This document shows positions 54,805 through 64,000 of a DNA stretch of 64,000 nucleotides, piece by piece. Below the pieces are notes generated by a model. It was not told the DNA's origin. It did no database searches and saw only the letters and a list, made by a program, of their open reading frames with translations. How positions within the stretch are numbered: the first letter of the stretch is position 1; each line of letters begins with the position of its first letter. Origin of the DNA: an uncultured delta proteobacterium (GTDB lineage Bacteria > Desulfobacterota > Binatia > UBA9968). Location of the stretch: NCBI GenBank assembly GCA_963847445.1, contig CAWJZV010000002.1, positions 64,001-128,000 on the forward strand, read 5' to 3'. The position numbers were made by a program, and so were the translations under genes.

Positions 54805-55476
54805 TCAATCATGTGAAGGCCCGGTTAGTTTCTCAAGCCGTTGCTGAAAATAGCTCTTCCAGCTTTGCGGAAGCGCCGCGACTTCAATGGCCTGGCGAAG
54901 CAATCCGATGTTGTGCTTTTCGTGCGTATAGAGGGCGGTGATATCGCTGAGCTTGAACCTGTCTTTGCTTGTTTCGATCAGTTCGATCGCGTCACCGCCG
55001 CCGACTTCACCCTCTTGCAGCACGGAAAAATAAAAACCCGTGCGCGCGCTCGCCATGAACCTCTTAACCATGTCAGAGCGGCCGAACTTGATGCCGAGCT
55101 TATAACAAGGCATACGGGGCTCGGTTACCATCACGGTGGCAGAGCCGACGCGAAACTTGTCGCCGATGTTTAGATCGGCTTCCAACACTCCCTTGGTCGT
55201 GAAGTTCTCACCGAACATGCCCCAGGGTAGTCTCATCTCAGGCAATTCGCGCTTCCAGTATTGGTAGTGCTCGGAGGGGTAAGCGTAGACCGCCTTGCTC
55301 GGTCCGCCGTGAACCGAGAGATCGGCCTGACGGTCGCCGTCGAGATTGAGGGTTCTCAGCACGACCCGGCCGGCCACCGGCTCTTTGAAAATTCCCGTTG
55401 ATATTGGATCGCCATTGCTCGTAACCACCCGGGGAAGACCAACATTAACGGAGACGAGCTTCATATCGGATTTCAT
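54805..55476 (-). CDS. MOSC domain protein (YiiM-like)
   Basis: TGIFKEPV, GDRQADLSVHGG..KAVY, FGEN, PRMPCYKL and TGFY. Confidence 0.93.
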   Translation of the reverse strand: MKSDMKLVSVNVGLPRVVTSNGDPISTGIFKEPVAGRVVLRTLNLDGDRQADLSVHGGPSKAVYAYPSEHYQYWKRELPEMRLPWGMFGENFTTKGVLEADLNIGDKFRVGSATVMVTEPRMPCYKLGIKFGRSDMVKRFMASARTGFYFSVLQEGEVGGGDAIELIETSKDRFKLSDITALYTHEKHNIGLLRQAIEVAALPQSWKSYFQQRLEKLTGPSHD

Positions 55477-55769
55477 AAACACCTCTTGTCCTGGTGACCA
55501 TCGTGTCGGCTTGTCTTGGTACGACTCGACGGCAAAATTCAACACCGTTGCCTCCACCCATGTATGTGCTGGAGTCCCATGACGATGAGCTAATAAATAC
55601 CGTGTTTCTTGAGCTGTAAATCCATATCTTTATTGGCGAAACCTTTGGAACCCTAATGCTCCTAGGCAACGATTTCGCCCGGTTGAGGCGCGAACTTATG
55701 TCACTCTCGCCATGGCTTCTGTCTAACGATCGTATGCAGGTGGCACCCTACGACTCTAGGTAGCACGAC

Positions 55770-56216
55770 CTATCTCTGAACGGGTGGCTCCACGAACGTC
55801 GCGATCGGCTGGCCTGTTTCGACGATATACGTCGACAGCATCTTCCCGGTTTCCGGGCCGATGTCTCGCGCATTATGAGGGGTCCGAGGGGGGATCAGAA
55901 ATCCATCCCCCGCATTCAGCACTACGGTGGCACGCCCCTGTACCATCATCTCTACCTGGCCTGCAATGATGTAGCCAACCTCTTCTCCTGGATGAACGTG
56001 CCATCCGGACTCGACTCCCGCCGGAATCAACGTCTCCACCTGCACCATCTCGCGGCTTGGAATCGATAACGGCGAGCGTTGGACCTCGCGCCGAGCAAGC
56101 TTGCCCGCCAGGTCGTCCCGTGTTCCCTTATCGGCCTGTCCAGATGCGGGGGCCATATAGGCGATCATGCCGGCCAGCGCCACAACCGCAACCAGCACGA
56201 AAACAATCCGTCTCAT
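55770..56216 (-). CDS. Secreted cupin domain protein
   Basis: Signal peptide; WHVHPGEE and IPPRTPHNA. Confidence 0.85.
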   Translation of the reverse strand: MRRIVFVLVAVVALAGMIAYMAPASGQADKGTRDDLAGKLARREVQRSPLSIPSREMVQVETLIPAGVESGWHVHPGEEVGYIIAGQVEMMVQGRATVVLNAGDGFLIPPRTPHNARDIGPETGKMLSTYIVETGQPIATFVEPPVQR

Positions 56217-56242
56217 AGCGTGCCTCCTAAACTCCGTCCGCG

Positions 56243-56671
56243 TTAGTGATGTTTTTCGGATGCGATCTTTTCGGGAATGACAAATGTGACCATGCCTTTG
56301 TCGAGTGGCTGATGGTTCGCGTCAACCAAATCAACCGGCCATTTCGCGATCGGGGTATGAACCCAGCTCGCGACCGAAGGGATGTTCAACCCCCTTTGGA
56401 AACCCCAGCAATTTTGTGCCCGCAGCAAGCTGCGGAGAATATCAGATTCAATCAGCACTTTGTGCGGACCGTGGAGAAGACCCTGCAGGATGATTGGCAG
56501 ACCACTCGCATCCGCCCACACCCATGAGGCATCGTCGACTCTCACATGAATGTGTCCGGCGCGCGGCGAGACCGTCAGAGCATTAGCGCCGAACACCGGC
56601 ACAATGTGCAGGTTCTCACTACAATATTGGATACCCACCACGCCGCGGGAGTCAAGCGGTTCGGCCAGCAC
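56243..56671 (-). CDS. DUF6130-like protein (5'-truncated) carrying an in-frame 117-bp element
   Basis: PVFG..AL.VSPR.GHIHV.VDD..W.WADASG and GPHKVLIE[39-aa insert]LVDANHQPLD. Confidence 0.7.
   Translation of the reverse strand: MLAEPLDSRGVVGIQYCSENLHIVPVFGANALTVSPRAGHIHVRVDDASWVWADASGLPIILQGLLHGPHKVLIESDILRSLLRAQNCWGFQRGLNIPSVASWVHTPIAKWPVDLVDANHQPLDKGMVTFVIPEKIASEKHH
56330..56446 (-). mobile_element. Non-autonomous three-hairpin element (117 bp), inserted in frame
   Basis: Removing it restores GTG CTG ATT GAA TTG GTT GAC (VLIELVD). Confidence 0.85.
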
Positions 56672-56740
56672 TGGCCAGGGCCAGGCAGAGCGACGTCAGC
56701 ATGACCGGACGAAAAACAAAAGATTCGTCGATCGCCTGTT

Positions 56741-57592
56741 TCAAAGCGATCCGCACCGACGCGACAGCAACATCTGCAGCTGTTCGGTGCGATTTATTCC
56801 CGCGGCTTGGAGGCTGGCGGCAAACGCCGAATTCGCGCCAACGAGTGGCGCGACGTCGCATTCGAGAAAACGCAAGCGGTCGGTTTCCACTTCGTGGATC
56901 AGGTCAATGCGTGCCGCCCAGTCAACCTCGAAGGTCCTGGCGATCTCCAATGCCGTACGGCGCACCCGCTCGGCGAGGCCGATGTCAGCAAGTGGCGCGC
57001 GGGGCGTTGGCCGCAGATACTTGCGGACGAAAGAATAAGGCGTTGCCTCGGGTAGGAAAATGCGTAGCGGCATTCCGGCCCGGCCGCGGAGTACGGCGAC
57101 CGTCAGCTCCACCCCGTGCACGTATTGCTGCGTGATGTAGCCGTCGGTTCGAGCATGCGCGGGAATCCGACCGTCCTTGAGGAGCCGCACGCCGATCGAA
57201 TCGGATCCGCGCCGCGGTTTGAGTATCATCGGAATCGACGTCATGCTCGACTCGCTGGCGAGCGCGGTTGCCGGGCAATCCACGCCGTGTGCAGTCGCGA
57301 TACGGTATGCCTCGTACTTATCGTAACAGCGTTCCATCACTGCGGCGCTGGGCCCGAGAAATTGCAACCCGGCGCGCGTGAGCGTCTGCACGGCGGTGAG
57401 CATGACCGGGTCGGAAACGCGCAGCACAAGCAGCCCGGAAGGCAGGTCGGAGACCGAGTCATCGCGGAATTGGACGAGTCGCACCGCGTACCCCGCGCGT
57501 CGCAATTCCTCGGCGAAGTAGCGCGCTTCGGCACGATGGATCCAGGCGAGCGGATGGGGCTGCCAGGATTCGCGAAGGACGGTGACGTTCAT
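56741..57592 (-). CDS. ATP-grasp domain protein (D-Ala-D-Ala ligase-like)
   Basis: G......C.DK, ILKP..GSDSIGV, QQYV.G.ELTV, ARIDL and FLE.D..P. Confidence 0.75.
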   Translation of the reverse strand: MNVTVLRESWQPHPLAWIHRAEARYFAEELRRAGYAVRLVQFRDDSVSDLPSGLLVLRVSDPVMLTAVQTLTRAGLQFLGPSAAVMERCYDKYEAYRIATAHGVDCPATALASESSMTSIPMILKPRRGSDSIGVRLLKDGRIPAHARTDGYITQQYVHGVELTVAVLRGRAGMPLRIFLPEATPYSFVRKYLRPTPRAPLADIGLAERVRRTALEIARTFEVDWAARIDLIHEVETDRLRFLECDVAPLVGANSAFAASLQAAGINRTEQLQMLLSRRCGSL

Positions 57593-57595
57593 CGA

Positions 57596-58003
57596 TTACC
57601 TCTTCTCGATCACCATAAACGCCACCACAGCACTGGTCAGCGTCGCAAGCACCAGCCGATGGCTGAAACCTAAACTGGACGATTCGATCAGGCCATTAAC
57701 GAGCGTGCCCAAGCCCTGCGTCGCCAGGGCGGCGCCGGGCCAATCCAGAGTGGTATCTACGTCGTCATCCCTGATTTCGGGCACGTGCAGCAAAGCAATC
57801 ACCAGGACGAGCACCGTCGCGTTGAGGTTTTTTTGCAACGCCGGCAGCGCGACGTTGACCGCCGTGCCATCGATAAAGGCCATGCTCGCCTCCAAAATGA
57901 TCGCCGCCAGAATCCACGGCTCGGACACGCGCGCGCATGGAACGATGGAATGGAGCGCTCGAATGACGCCTTCATCGCATGGCTGTGGAAAAAAATTCGT
58001 CAT
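57596..58003 (-). pseudogene. Internally deleted DHA2-type MFS transporter remnant
   Basis: SMAFIDGTAVNVALPALQ joined directly to HVPE.RD and LDWPGA.LAT.GLG. Confidence 0.7.
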
Positions 58004-58196
58004 CGCCTAAATTGCGCTCCGGTCAGTCAAGAACTTAGAATTATTTAAATAGTTCCAGACGTTCAAGGTGCCTGCTCGCACGAGCTCCGTAGCGGGGGGT
58101 TTTACCGAACCCGCGCTTAAGTTTCTTGCCACGGGCTGCTACGCTGCTGGCACCACTTCAGAGTTAGCTGACTCTGAGATTTCGAAGTAAACGATT

Positions 58197-58460
58197 ATGT
58201 GTCGAAGCATCAAAACGCTCTTCAACTTCCAACCGCCGGTGACGGAAGGAGAGATTCGCGCGGCCTCGTTACAATTTGTCAGAAAAGTGAGCGGCTTCAA
58301 CAAGCCATCGAAAGCCAACGAAGCGGCGTTCCTCGCTGCCGTTGACGAAATAGCGACGAGCTCCGCTAACCTTCTCGGTACGCTCGAGACGAACGCACCG
58401 CCGAGGAACCGCGCAGAAGAAACTGCCAAGGCAAGTACTCGCGGCTCAGAGGTTGCCTAG
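58197..58460 (+). CDS. DUF2277 family protein
   Basis: MCRSIKTLFNFQPP.T..EIRAASLQFVRKVSG. Confidence 0.85.
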   Translation: MCRSIKTLFNFQPPVTEGEIRAASLQFVRKVSGFNKPSKANEAAFLAAVDEIATSSANLLGTLETNAPPRNRAEETAKASTRGSEVA

Positions 58461-58594
58461 TTAATTGGCGCCACAACGTTGGACGTTGTGGCGCTATGTG
58501 TCGTTGCATGCTCTGGCTCTGGCTGTTTGATAATAAACTAAGACTCAGGACAGACTCCCAATTCGTCTTTTATTGTCAGGGTTGTCATCCTTCC

Positions 58595-58649
58595 ACCCTG
58601 ACATAATTACGTTGCCGTTAGACCCTGTCATAATCACTTTGCTACAACA
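58595..58649. repeat. Transposon-end-like structure: two 21-bp direct repeats abutting a ...ACAACA terminus
   Basis: ACCCTGACATAATTACGTTGC and ACCCTGTCATAATCACTTTGC (18 of 21 identical), then TACAACA. Confidence 0.5.
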
Positions 58650-58751
58650 CCGCGAATTATAATGGTTGACAAGACTCGGTTAGCTAATCGATATTGAACA
58701 AATCCAACGAAGACTACTGCCACCCGTCACCGACCAAAGGGGGAATATGAC

Positions 58752-59384
58752 ATGGATACGATAGACCGGAACGATGCCTACACCGTTACTTCGCTGGACG
58801 ATCTCGCGAAGATTTATGCCAAGCCGTTGCCCCACGTCGCCACCAAGGAAACCGACCACATCACCGAGGTCGGGCGCGCCTTCATCGCGGCATCGCCGTT
58901 CCTGGTGCTCGCCAGCTCGAACGGGACCAGCATCGACTGTTCGCCCAAGGGCGATGCGCCGGGCTTCGTGCAGCTGCTCGACGACCGCACACTGCTGATC
59001 CCCGACCGGCCAGGCAACAACCGCATCGACGGGATGAAGAACCTGCTCGTCAACCCGAAGGTCGGTATCATTTTCATGGTCCCGGGATCGAACGAAACCT
59101 ATCGCGTGACTGGCAGTGCGACGATCAGCACGGACCCGGAGTTGCTGAAGCGATTCGAGGTGCGCGGCAAGCCGCCGCGCGTGGTCATGGTCGTCGCTGT
59201 CGACGAAGCCTTCAATCACTGTCCCAAAGCCTTCGTGCGGGCGAAGCTGTGGGATGCGACGGCGCGGCCGAGCGGCGCGCCGAGCCACGGCGACTTCGCC
59301 GCCGCCCGCGACGGCAAGGACGCTGCCTACGCCAGGGATTATAACGAGAAATATGCCGAGCGCCTGAAGACCGAGCTTTACTGA
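58752..59384 (+). CDS. MSMEG_1061-like FMN-binding PPOX family protein
   Basis: FIAASPF, DCSPKGD.PGFV, IPDRPGNNRID and HCPKAF.RAKLW. Confidence 0.9.
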   Translation: MDTIDRNDAYTVTSLDDLAKIYAKPLPHVATKETDHITEVGRAFIAASPFLVLASSNGTSIDCSPKGDAPGFVQLLDDRTLLIPDRPGNNRIDGMKNLLVNPKVGIIFMVPGSNETYRVTGSATISTDPELLKRFEVRGKPPRVVMVVAVDEAFNHCPKAFVRAKLWDATARPSGAPSHGDFAAARDGKDAAYARDYNEKYAERLKTELY

Positions 59385-59703
59385 CCAGGCTGCGAAACGA
59401 GAGGCGGCGACCAGAAATCCGGGCCTTTGTGCGTGACTATATCGCTGCGCGTGTCGATGAATTCACTGTGATCACGCCAGAAGCACTGGACAACTTTGAA
59501 CTCGCCTTACGTGATATTGCTGATTCTGACATGGCCGCACTTCCCATGCGGACATTGCCGGGATCCGCGACTGAATTAATTACCACGAGAGTTTGCTGGC
59601 CACACTCTTAAAGCGCATTTGGAGTTCGATGCTTCCGACGCTAATGGAACTGCCGTTTAACAGCACGGCCCAGCCGTCGCCCTGCCCCTAAGTTCTACGC
59701 GTC

Positions 59704-60069
59704 ATGGCTTTCCGCATCCTCGCCGACCTCACAGTCGTCGTCCATCTGGGCTTCGTTCTGTTCGTCGTCCTCGGGGGCGTGCTGGTCGCGCGCTGGCCAC
59801 GGATCGCTTGGTTGCATCTTCCCGCGGCCGCTTGGGGCGCATGGGTCGAGTTCGCGGGCTGGTTATGCCCGCTCACACCGCTCGAGAACTGGTTTCGGCA
59901 GCAAGGCGGCGAGGCTGCCTACAGCGTCAGCTTCATCGAGCACTACCTCGTTCCCATCCTTTATCCGTCCTGGCTCCCGCGCGAGCTTCAGTGGGGACTG
60001 GGTGGCCTAGTGCTCTTGGTCAACCTGACCGTGTATCTGCTGGTCTTTCACCGTCGCGCTCGGCTGTAG
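59704..60069 (+). CDS. DUF2784 family membrane protein
   Basis: LADL.VVVHLGFVLFVV.GG, LHLP...WG, CPLTPLEN and FIEHY. Confidence 0.9.
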   Translation: MAFRILADLTVVVHLGFVLFVVLGGVLVARWPRIAWLHLPAAAWGAWVEFAGWLCPLTPLENWFRQQGGEAAYSVSFIEHYLVPILYPSWLPRELQWGLGGLVLLVNLTVYLLVFHRRARL

Positions 60070-60219
60070 CTATTTGGTGTGCAACGGTGGAGTTGCCTTT
60101 TCGCTTCAGACCGATCGCTAAGAGCGACGGCTAAGCGTTGTGTTAACCCTGAATTGAACTGATTTCTCCGACGGCTCATTCCTGCGAGATTTGAAATTGA
60201 ACCACAGTGAAGTCGCGGT

Positions 60220-60501
60220 TCATTGGCTAGACTTGTTTTTTGCGTGCTCCGCTATCGAGCCTATTTTCTCATGGCACTCCTCAATAGCTTCGTTTAGAAA
60301 TTGCTCAAGCTCGGCATCGAGAAAGTATTCAGGGATCGTCGTTTTATCTTTCGGGAGCGCAGCGTAAATCTTGCCGATCCATACAGCCCTGACAAAATCT
60401 TGAGCGATCTGCAAAATTTCAACCTCTCTCCCGGCCATTGGAATATCGCCAAAGGCAGCGGCAACTCTAGCGTTAATAGTTTTGTCAACGTCTGATTTCA
60501 T
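60220..60501 (-). CDS. Hypothetical protein
   Basis: 93-aa ORF with ATG start and plausible composition; no family recognised. Confidence 0.45.
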   Translation of the reverse strand: MKSDVDKTINARVAAAFGDIPMAGREVEILQIAQDFVRAVWIGKIYAALPKDKTTIPEYFLDAELEQFLNEAIEECHEKIGSIAEHAKNKSSQ

Positions 60502-60621
60502 TTGAACTGTATACTCGCGCCGATCTTCCCTTAGCAGTTCCCTTCTGAAGCATTTTCACAATTAAAAACCGCAGATCGGCGGGTCATAGCGACAGAATCT
60601 CCGTGCCGCTAACGTGGCGAG

Positions 60622-60840
60622 CTACGCCAGATACAGCCAACCAACAAAGTCCCGCACGAATCTCTTCGACGACGGCTGTGGCGGTAGGCGATTCCCGCGA
60701 ATCACTGCCCAGGCTATCCGATAGCGGCACCTAACACACTTACCATTGACTGCTTGCAAGGGAGTGTGTCCAGGTCGTTTAACGATTACCGCCATAGACC
60801 CGTAACAGCGAGGACAACTTCTCGGTAAGTAGCGGTCCAT
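60622..60840 (-). CDS. Small CxxC...CxxC zinc-ribbon protein
   Basis: Y.PRSCPRC...NGKCVRCRY..W; coupled to the upstream paralogue (TAATG). Confidence 0.65.
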   Translation of the reverse strand: MDRYLPRSCPRCYGSMAVIVKRPGHTPLQAVNGKCVRCRYRIAWAVIRGNRLPPQPSSKRFVRDFVGWLYLA

Positions 60841-61046
60841 TATTTGACGACCTTTAGGAGTCGGTCGAGATGGGCGTTGTCTGATCGCTTATGCCCCACG
60901 ATCAATCGCCAACCGTTCAAGGAATAACCGCATAAATCACAATGTGCGTTGATCGGATACTCTCCGTTGGAACGTGGAATCTGGCTAACTACGACCCAAA
61001 AATCGTCGCTGCATCGGGGACATGATCGAGCGATATACGTGGACAT
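60840..61046 (-). CDS. Small CxxC...CxxC zinc-ribbon protein (paralogue)
   Basis: Y.ARSCPRC...NAHCDLCGY...W. Confidence 0.65.
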   Translation of the reverse strand: MSTYIARSCPRCSDDFWVVVSQIPRSNGEYPINAHCDLCGYSLNGWRLIVGHKRSDNAHLDRLLKVVK

Positions 61047-61110
61047 GGTGGCGGACTCATATATAAAGCACGTTGTCCTGCTCGGGGATGTTTAATTCGA
61101 TTAAGACCCT

Positions 61111-61127
61111 GTGCAAAATCAATGCCT
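61111..61127 (-). promoter_or_regulatory. Putative sigma54 promoter of the zinc-ribbon pair
   Basis: AGGCATTGATTTTGCAC (GG-N10-GC) with an AT-rich tract upstream. Confidence 0.5.
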
Positions 61128-61655
61128 TATTACTTGTCGAGTTAAAGCGAATGATTTTAGTTATTTAAAATATGCCGTGTGAACGGACTAGATTTTAATG
61201 TGTCAAAAACGGGATTTGTCGCAGTAATGAGACGGTAGAAGATTCTAGATGACCGACAGGAATTAGCGCCATGAAACTGGGAGATAATCGTCGACTGTGT
61301 GAAAGTCTTTTTGCCAGCGCAGGCTAGTTGTGCCGGCTTGCAACTGTTACCTTACCTTGGTGGATTTCCGAACACTCCTGGTAATTCTCTTCGGCATAAT
61401 TCTGCCGGCTCTTTTCATAGTTTTTTACTTGCTCGGCCCGTAGAGCAAGATACGCCGACTTTCGGATTGTTGAAGCGGGTCATTGCTAACTAGATCACGG
61501 CTCATTTTTTCTGGGTGACTTTGTCTTGTACCGTGCGGTATCGCCCATCGAAAAAGATCGTCGGAACACAAGCCCGTAAGTTTTTGGTACACGCAATAAA
61601 TGGTGTACGACATCTGGACCTAGAAGAAATATTTCCGCCGCGTGGCGGAAGCCGT

Positions 61656-62780
61656 CTACTCGGGGATTGTGACCCGAGGCAGACGTACCACGAATCTCGT
61701 TCCGTCTTCCGCGGTGGAGGTTACGCTGATTTTCCCCGTATGCGCTTCGACAATCTCACGAGCAACGAACAGCCCAAGACCGAAATGGCTAGTGTATTTT
61801 TCTTGCTTGGCGGCACTAGAGAAAGGATCGAAAATTGTCTGAAGTTCGGATTGAGGTATCGGCACGCCATTGTTGTGTACTGTGAGGACAATTTCCTTCG
61901 ATTCCCCGTGTGCATCAATGCTCACGGGGGATGTCGGGTCACCATGCTGTATTGCGTTGGAAATAAGATTTGCAAGCATCTGGCTTATGCGAATGTCATC
62001 CAACGCGCCGTAGAGACCCGCGCCGCAATCTGAACGGATGGTACGCTCTGGATAGGCCGCGACAAATTCCGCGACTGTGTGCTGGCAAACTGGGGTAAAG
62101 TCTATTAACTCCCGTTTGACAACCACAGGCAGTCCAAAACGGGCCCGCGTAAAGTCAAGCAAGTTATCAATCAACTTGCTCATACGCATGCCACTATGAA
62201 CCATACTAGTGGCGAGATCCTCGACAACACCCTTATCGAAACCGGCTCTTTGAAGTATCTGCGCCGACGACACGATCGCGTTGAGTGGATTTCGCAGATC
62301 GTGCGCCATGACCGCAAGGGCTAAATCCCGGGAAGCATCTATTTCCTGCATGAATCGAGCAGTCGATTCGCTAAGCGCCTGATCAATCCCTTCGTTGAAC
62401 CTGATTAATTGGTCAATGTTAGAAGTGTCCCCCAAGTCCGGTGAACTGTCGATCCATAGCCGAATCACAGTCGCCCGAAGAGCCCGAAATTCCGACAATA
62501 GTTGGGCGTGGTTGAAGCCCAAGCCGAACCGATCCGCAGCATGGTATTCCGCAGCGCTTTCCTCCTGTGGACGTCGGCCGCGACCTGTGGATTTTTCTGC
62601 CTGCTCCGCTGCAGTTTGCGCAGTCTCCATATCCTTCGCAATCGCCATCAGGATTTTTTGCGCTGAATTCCTTAGTACGATTTTGGTGAATTTTGCGTCA
62701 GCTAAGACGGTGGCGGCAAAGGATTCCCATTGCGTGAGAATGTGCTCGAGGTTTAGGAGAATGAATTCTGACAAACGCAT
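61656..62780 (-). CDS. Cytoplasmic sensor histidine kinase with RsbRD_N-like N-terminal domain
   Basis: H-box AHDLRNPL, N-box NLISNAIQH and G-box GLGLF; N-terminal EFRALRATV...RFNEGIDQA. Confidence 0.92.
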   Translation of the reverse strand: MRLSEFILLNLEHILTQWESFAATVLADAKFTKIVLRNSAQKILMAIAKDMETAQTAAEQAEKSTGRGRRPQEESAAEYHAADRFGLGFNHAQLLSEFRALRATVIRLWIDSSPDLGDTSNIDQLIRFNEGIDQALSESTARFMQEIDASRDLALAVMAHDLRNPLNAIVSSAQILQRAGFDKGVVEDLATSMVHSGMRMSKLIDNLLDFTRARFGLPVVVKRELIDFTPVCQHTVAEFVAAYPERTIRSDCGAGLYGALDDIRISQMLANLISNAIQHGDPTSPVSIDAHGESKEIVLTVHNNGVPIPQSELQTIFDPFSSAAKQEKYTSHFGLGLFVAREIVEAHTGKISVTSTAEDGTRFVVRLPRVTIPE

Positions 62781-62856
62781 AACTTTTTGTAGCAGAGGTG
62801 ATGAATGGAATCTTAAAGAAAAATTAGAGGCGAGCGGTTGGTATGGCGCTGTTCAG

Positions 62857-63207
62857 TTACAGCAGCCGCTGAATATTCGATTTTAAATTATCGAATATAA
62901 CCGGCTTGCCCATGATTAAGGATTTCGGCATTTTGGATAGGTCAAGAGCGTCGTCAGGATAAGAGGTTAGAACAATAAAAGGGGTGTCTGCGGCGATAGA
63001 ACGTAGTCGCGTAATGACCGCAATGCCATCAACGCGGGGCAGACGGATATCTGAAATCACCAAATCAAATTGACAATTATTTAGGAGATCGAGAGCTTGA
63101 GCGCCATCTTTCGCTTCCTCGACCTCGTATCCCTCTCGACGCAAAAACATGCTGATAAGTTTTCGGCTGATTGGCTCATCCTCTGCGAAGAGAATTCGTT
63201 GTTGCAT
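62857..63207 (-). CDS. Single-domain response regulator (CheY-like)
   Basis: ILFAEDE, DLVISDIRLP.VDG, VLTS and KP. Confidence 0.92.
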   Translation of the reverse strand: MQQRILFAEDEPISRKLISMFLRREGYEVEEAKDGAQALDLLNNCQFDLVISDIRLPRVDGIAVITRLRSIAADTPFIVLTSYPDDALDLSKMPKSLIMGKPVIFDNLKSNIQRLL

Positions 63208-63391
63208 ACGCTACTTTTTCCTTTCGAAGCGACGGCTTTCAGCGCTCAAATTCATGCCATAGCTCTCATATTCGTCCACTGATTTTGCAAAACCAGACGC
63301 GGAGTTGCATGTCAATTTTGAACCGAACTCCGCCCAGCCACAATGCCCTCCTGGAAAATAATAGTAATGATGTCGTGCAAACTCGAGACGG

Positions 63392-63778
63392 TTAAGTAGG
63401 CATGCGCACGCCGCCGGTGACCCCTCGATTGCGATTGATAATTTCTAATGCCAGCGCGGCCTGATCGTCGGCTTCGACCAACAGCAGCATCTGCCCGACT
63501 CCGAGTTCCGGAATGCTGGGAATTTCTCCCGCAGGTATCGTGTGCACCTTAGTTTCGGTGATAAAGTCCTGCTGCGCCACGCTGTTTTGCATGGCGACGG
63601 CAATCCGATCGTCGGCAAAGCCGGCGCCTTTTAACTCTTTGACCGCCTTCCTGGCTTGCTCCAACTCACCGAACAACCCTGTAACGCGGGTATCGCCCAC
63701 CGTCGCGCCCTCAGCCATGCTCGTGGCTATCTCAGGACTAGTTGTTTTCGGATAATTGTTAAATTCTCGTAATTGCAT
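63392..63778 (-). CDS. Hypothetical protein, general stress protein (YflT)-like
   Basis: VTGLF....QA..AV.ELK.AGF....I.V pattern; RBS GAGGTG. Confidence 0.55.
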   Translation of the reverse strand: MQLREFNNYPKTTSPEIATSMAEGATVGDTRVTGLFGELEQARKAVKELKGAGFADDRIAVAMQNSVAQQDFITETKVHTIPAGEIPSIPELGVGQMLLLVEADDQAALALEIINRNRGVTGGVRMPT

Positions 63779-64000
63779 GCCTCACCTCGCAAATGAATTA
63801 ATCGACATATGAGTTACTCGCACCTTCCGGCATTCGATTTACCCTCGATAAAGCAACGAACGTACCAACCTATAGGTCCTGGCAGAATGGTGAAGTGTCT
63901 TGGATGTGACCCAAAAACCGATTAAATTTCCCGGAGATGAAACAAAGCACCGCCCTCGCGGACCGCTGAGATAACGAGGGTGAGATGCCGATAAAGCTCA

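Noticed and set aside
58467-58494. Palindrome GCGCCACAACGT-TGG-ACGTTGTGGCGC
   Set aside because: A single copy directly after the DUF2277 stop; most simply a terminator-like hairpin.
63245-63260. Possible sigma54 promoter upstream of the response regulator
   Set aside because: TGGCAT is present, but the -12 GC is missing at the required spacing.

Overview
This is a GC-rich bacterial chromosomal window. Its many catabolic paralogues and palindromic repeat families suggest Candidatus Binatia or a related deltaproteobacterial lineage (inference). Many conserved genes, including guaB, carry single frameshifts, most likely long-read assembly indels. Bases 1-25 kb are catabolic and transport genes: two UbiD, two LLM oxidoreductases, hydantoinase/oxoprolinase A and B, an opine dehydrogenase, an enolase-superfamily enzyme, M20 and M24 peptidases, and Fe3+-type ABC components. 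This part also holds a membrane-anchored TIR protein, a REP-associated tyrosine transposase (RAYT) and at least seven repeat families. Bases 25-37 kb hold a Phd/zeta-like TA pair, an HpaB-like monooxygenase, a Co-type nitrile hydratase operon, a LOG protein, guaBA and comM. Bases 36.7-42.1 kb form an integrase-less island bounded by a 61-bp duplication of the comM 3' end. Bases 42-64 kb are an accessory mosaic of intact genes and remnants. Top candidates for novelty: (1) an ECF sigma factor coupled to a permuted Ada-like protein (methyltransferase plus C-terminal Ada Zn domain, no AraC HTH) heading an alkA-ogt operon; (2) a four-copy ~117-bp three-hairpin mobile element with apparent target specificity, one copy inserted in frame in a gene; (3) the comM island; (4) repeats inserted in frame into coding sequence; (5) a terminator in the guaB leader. 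No tRNA, rRNA or CRISPR array was seen.
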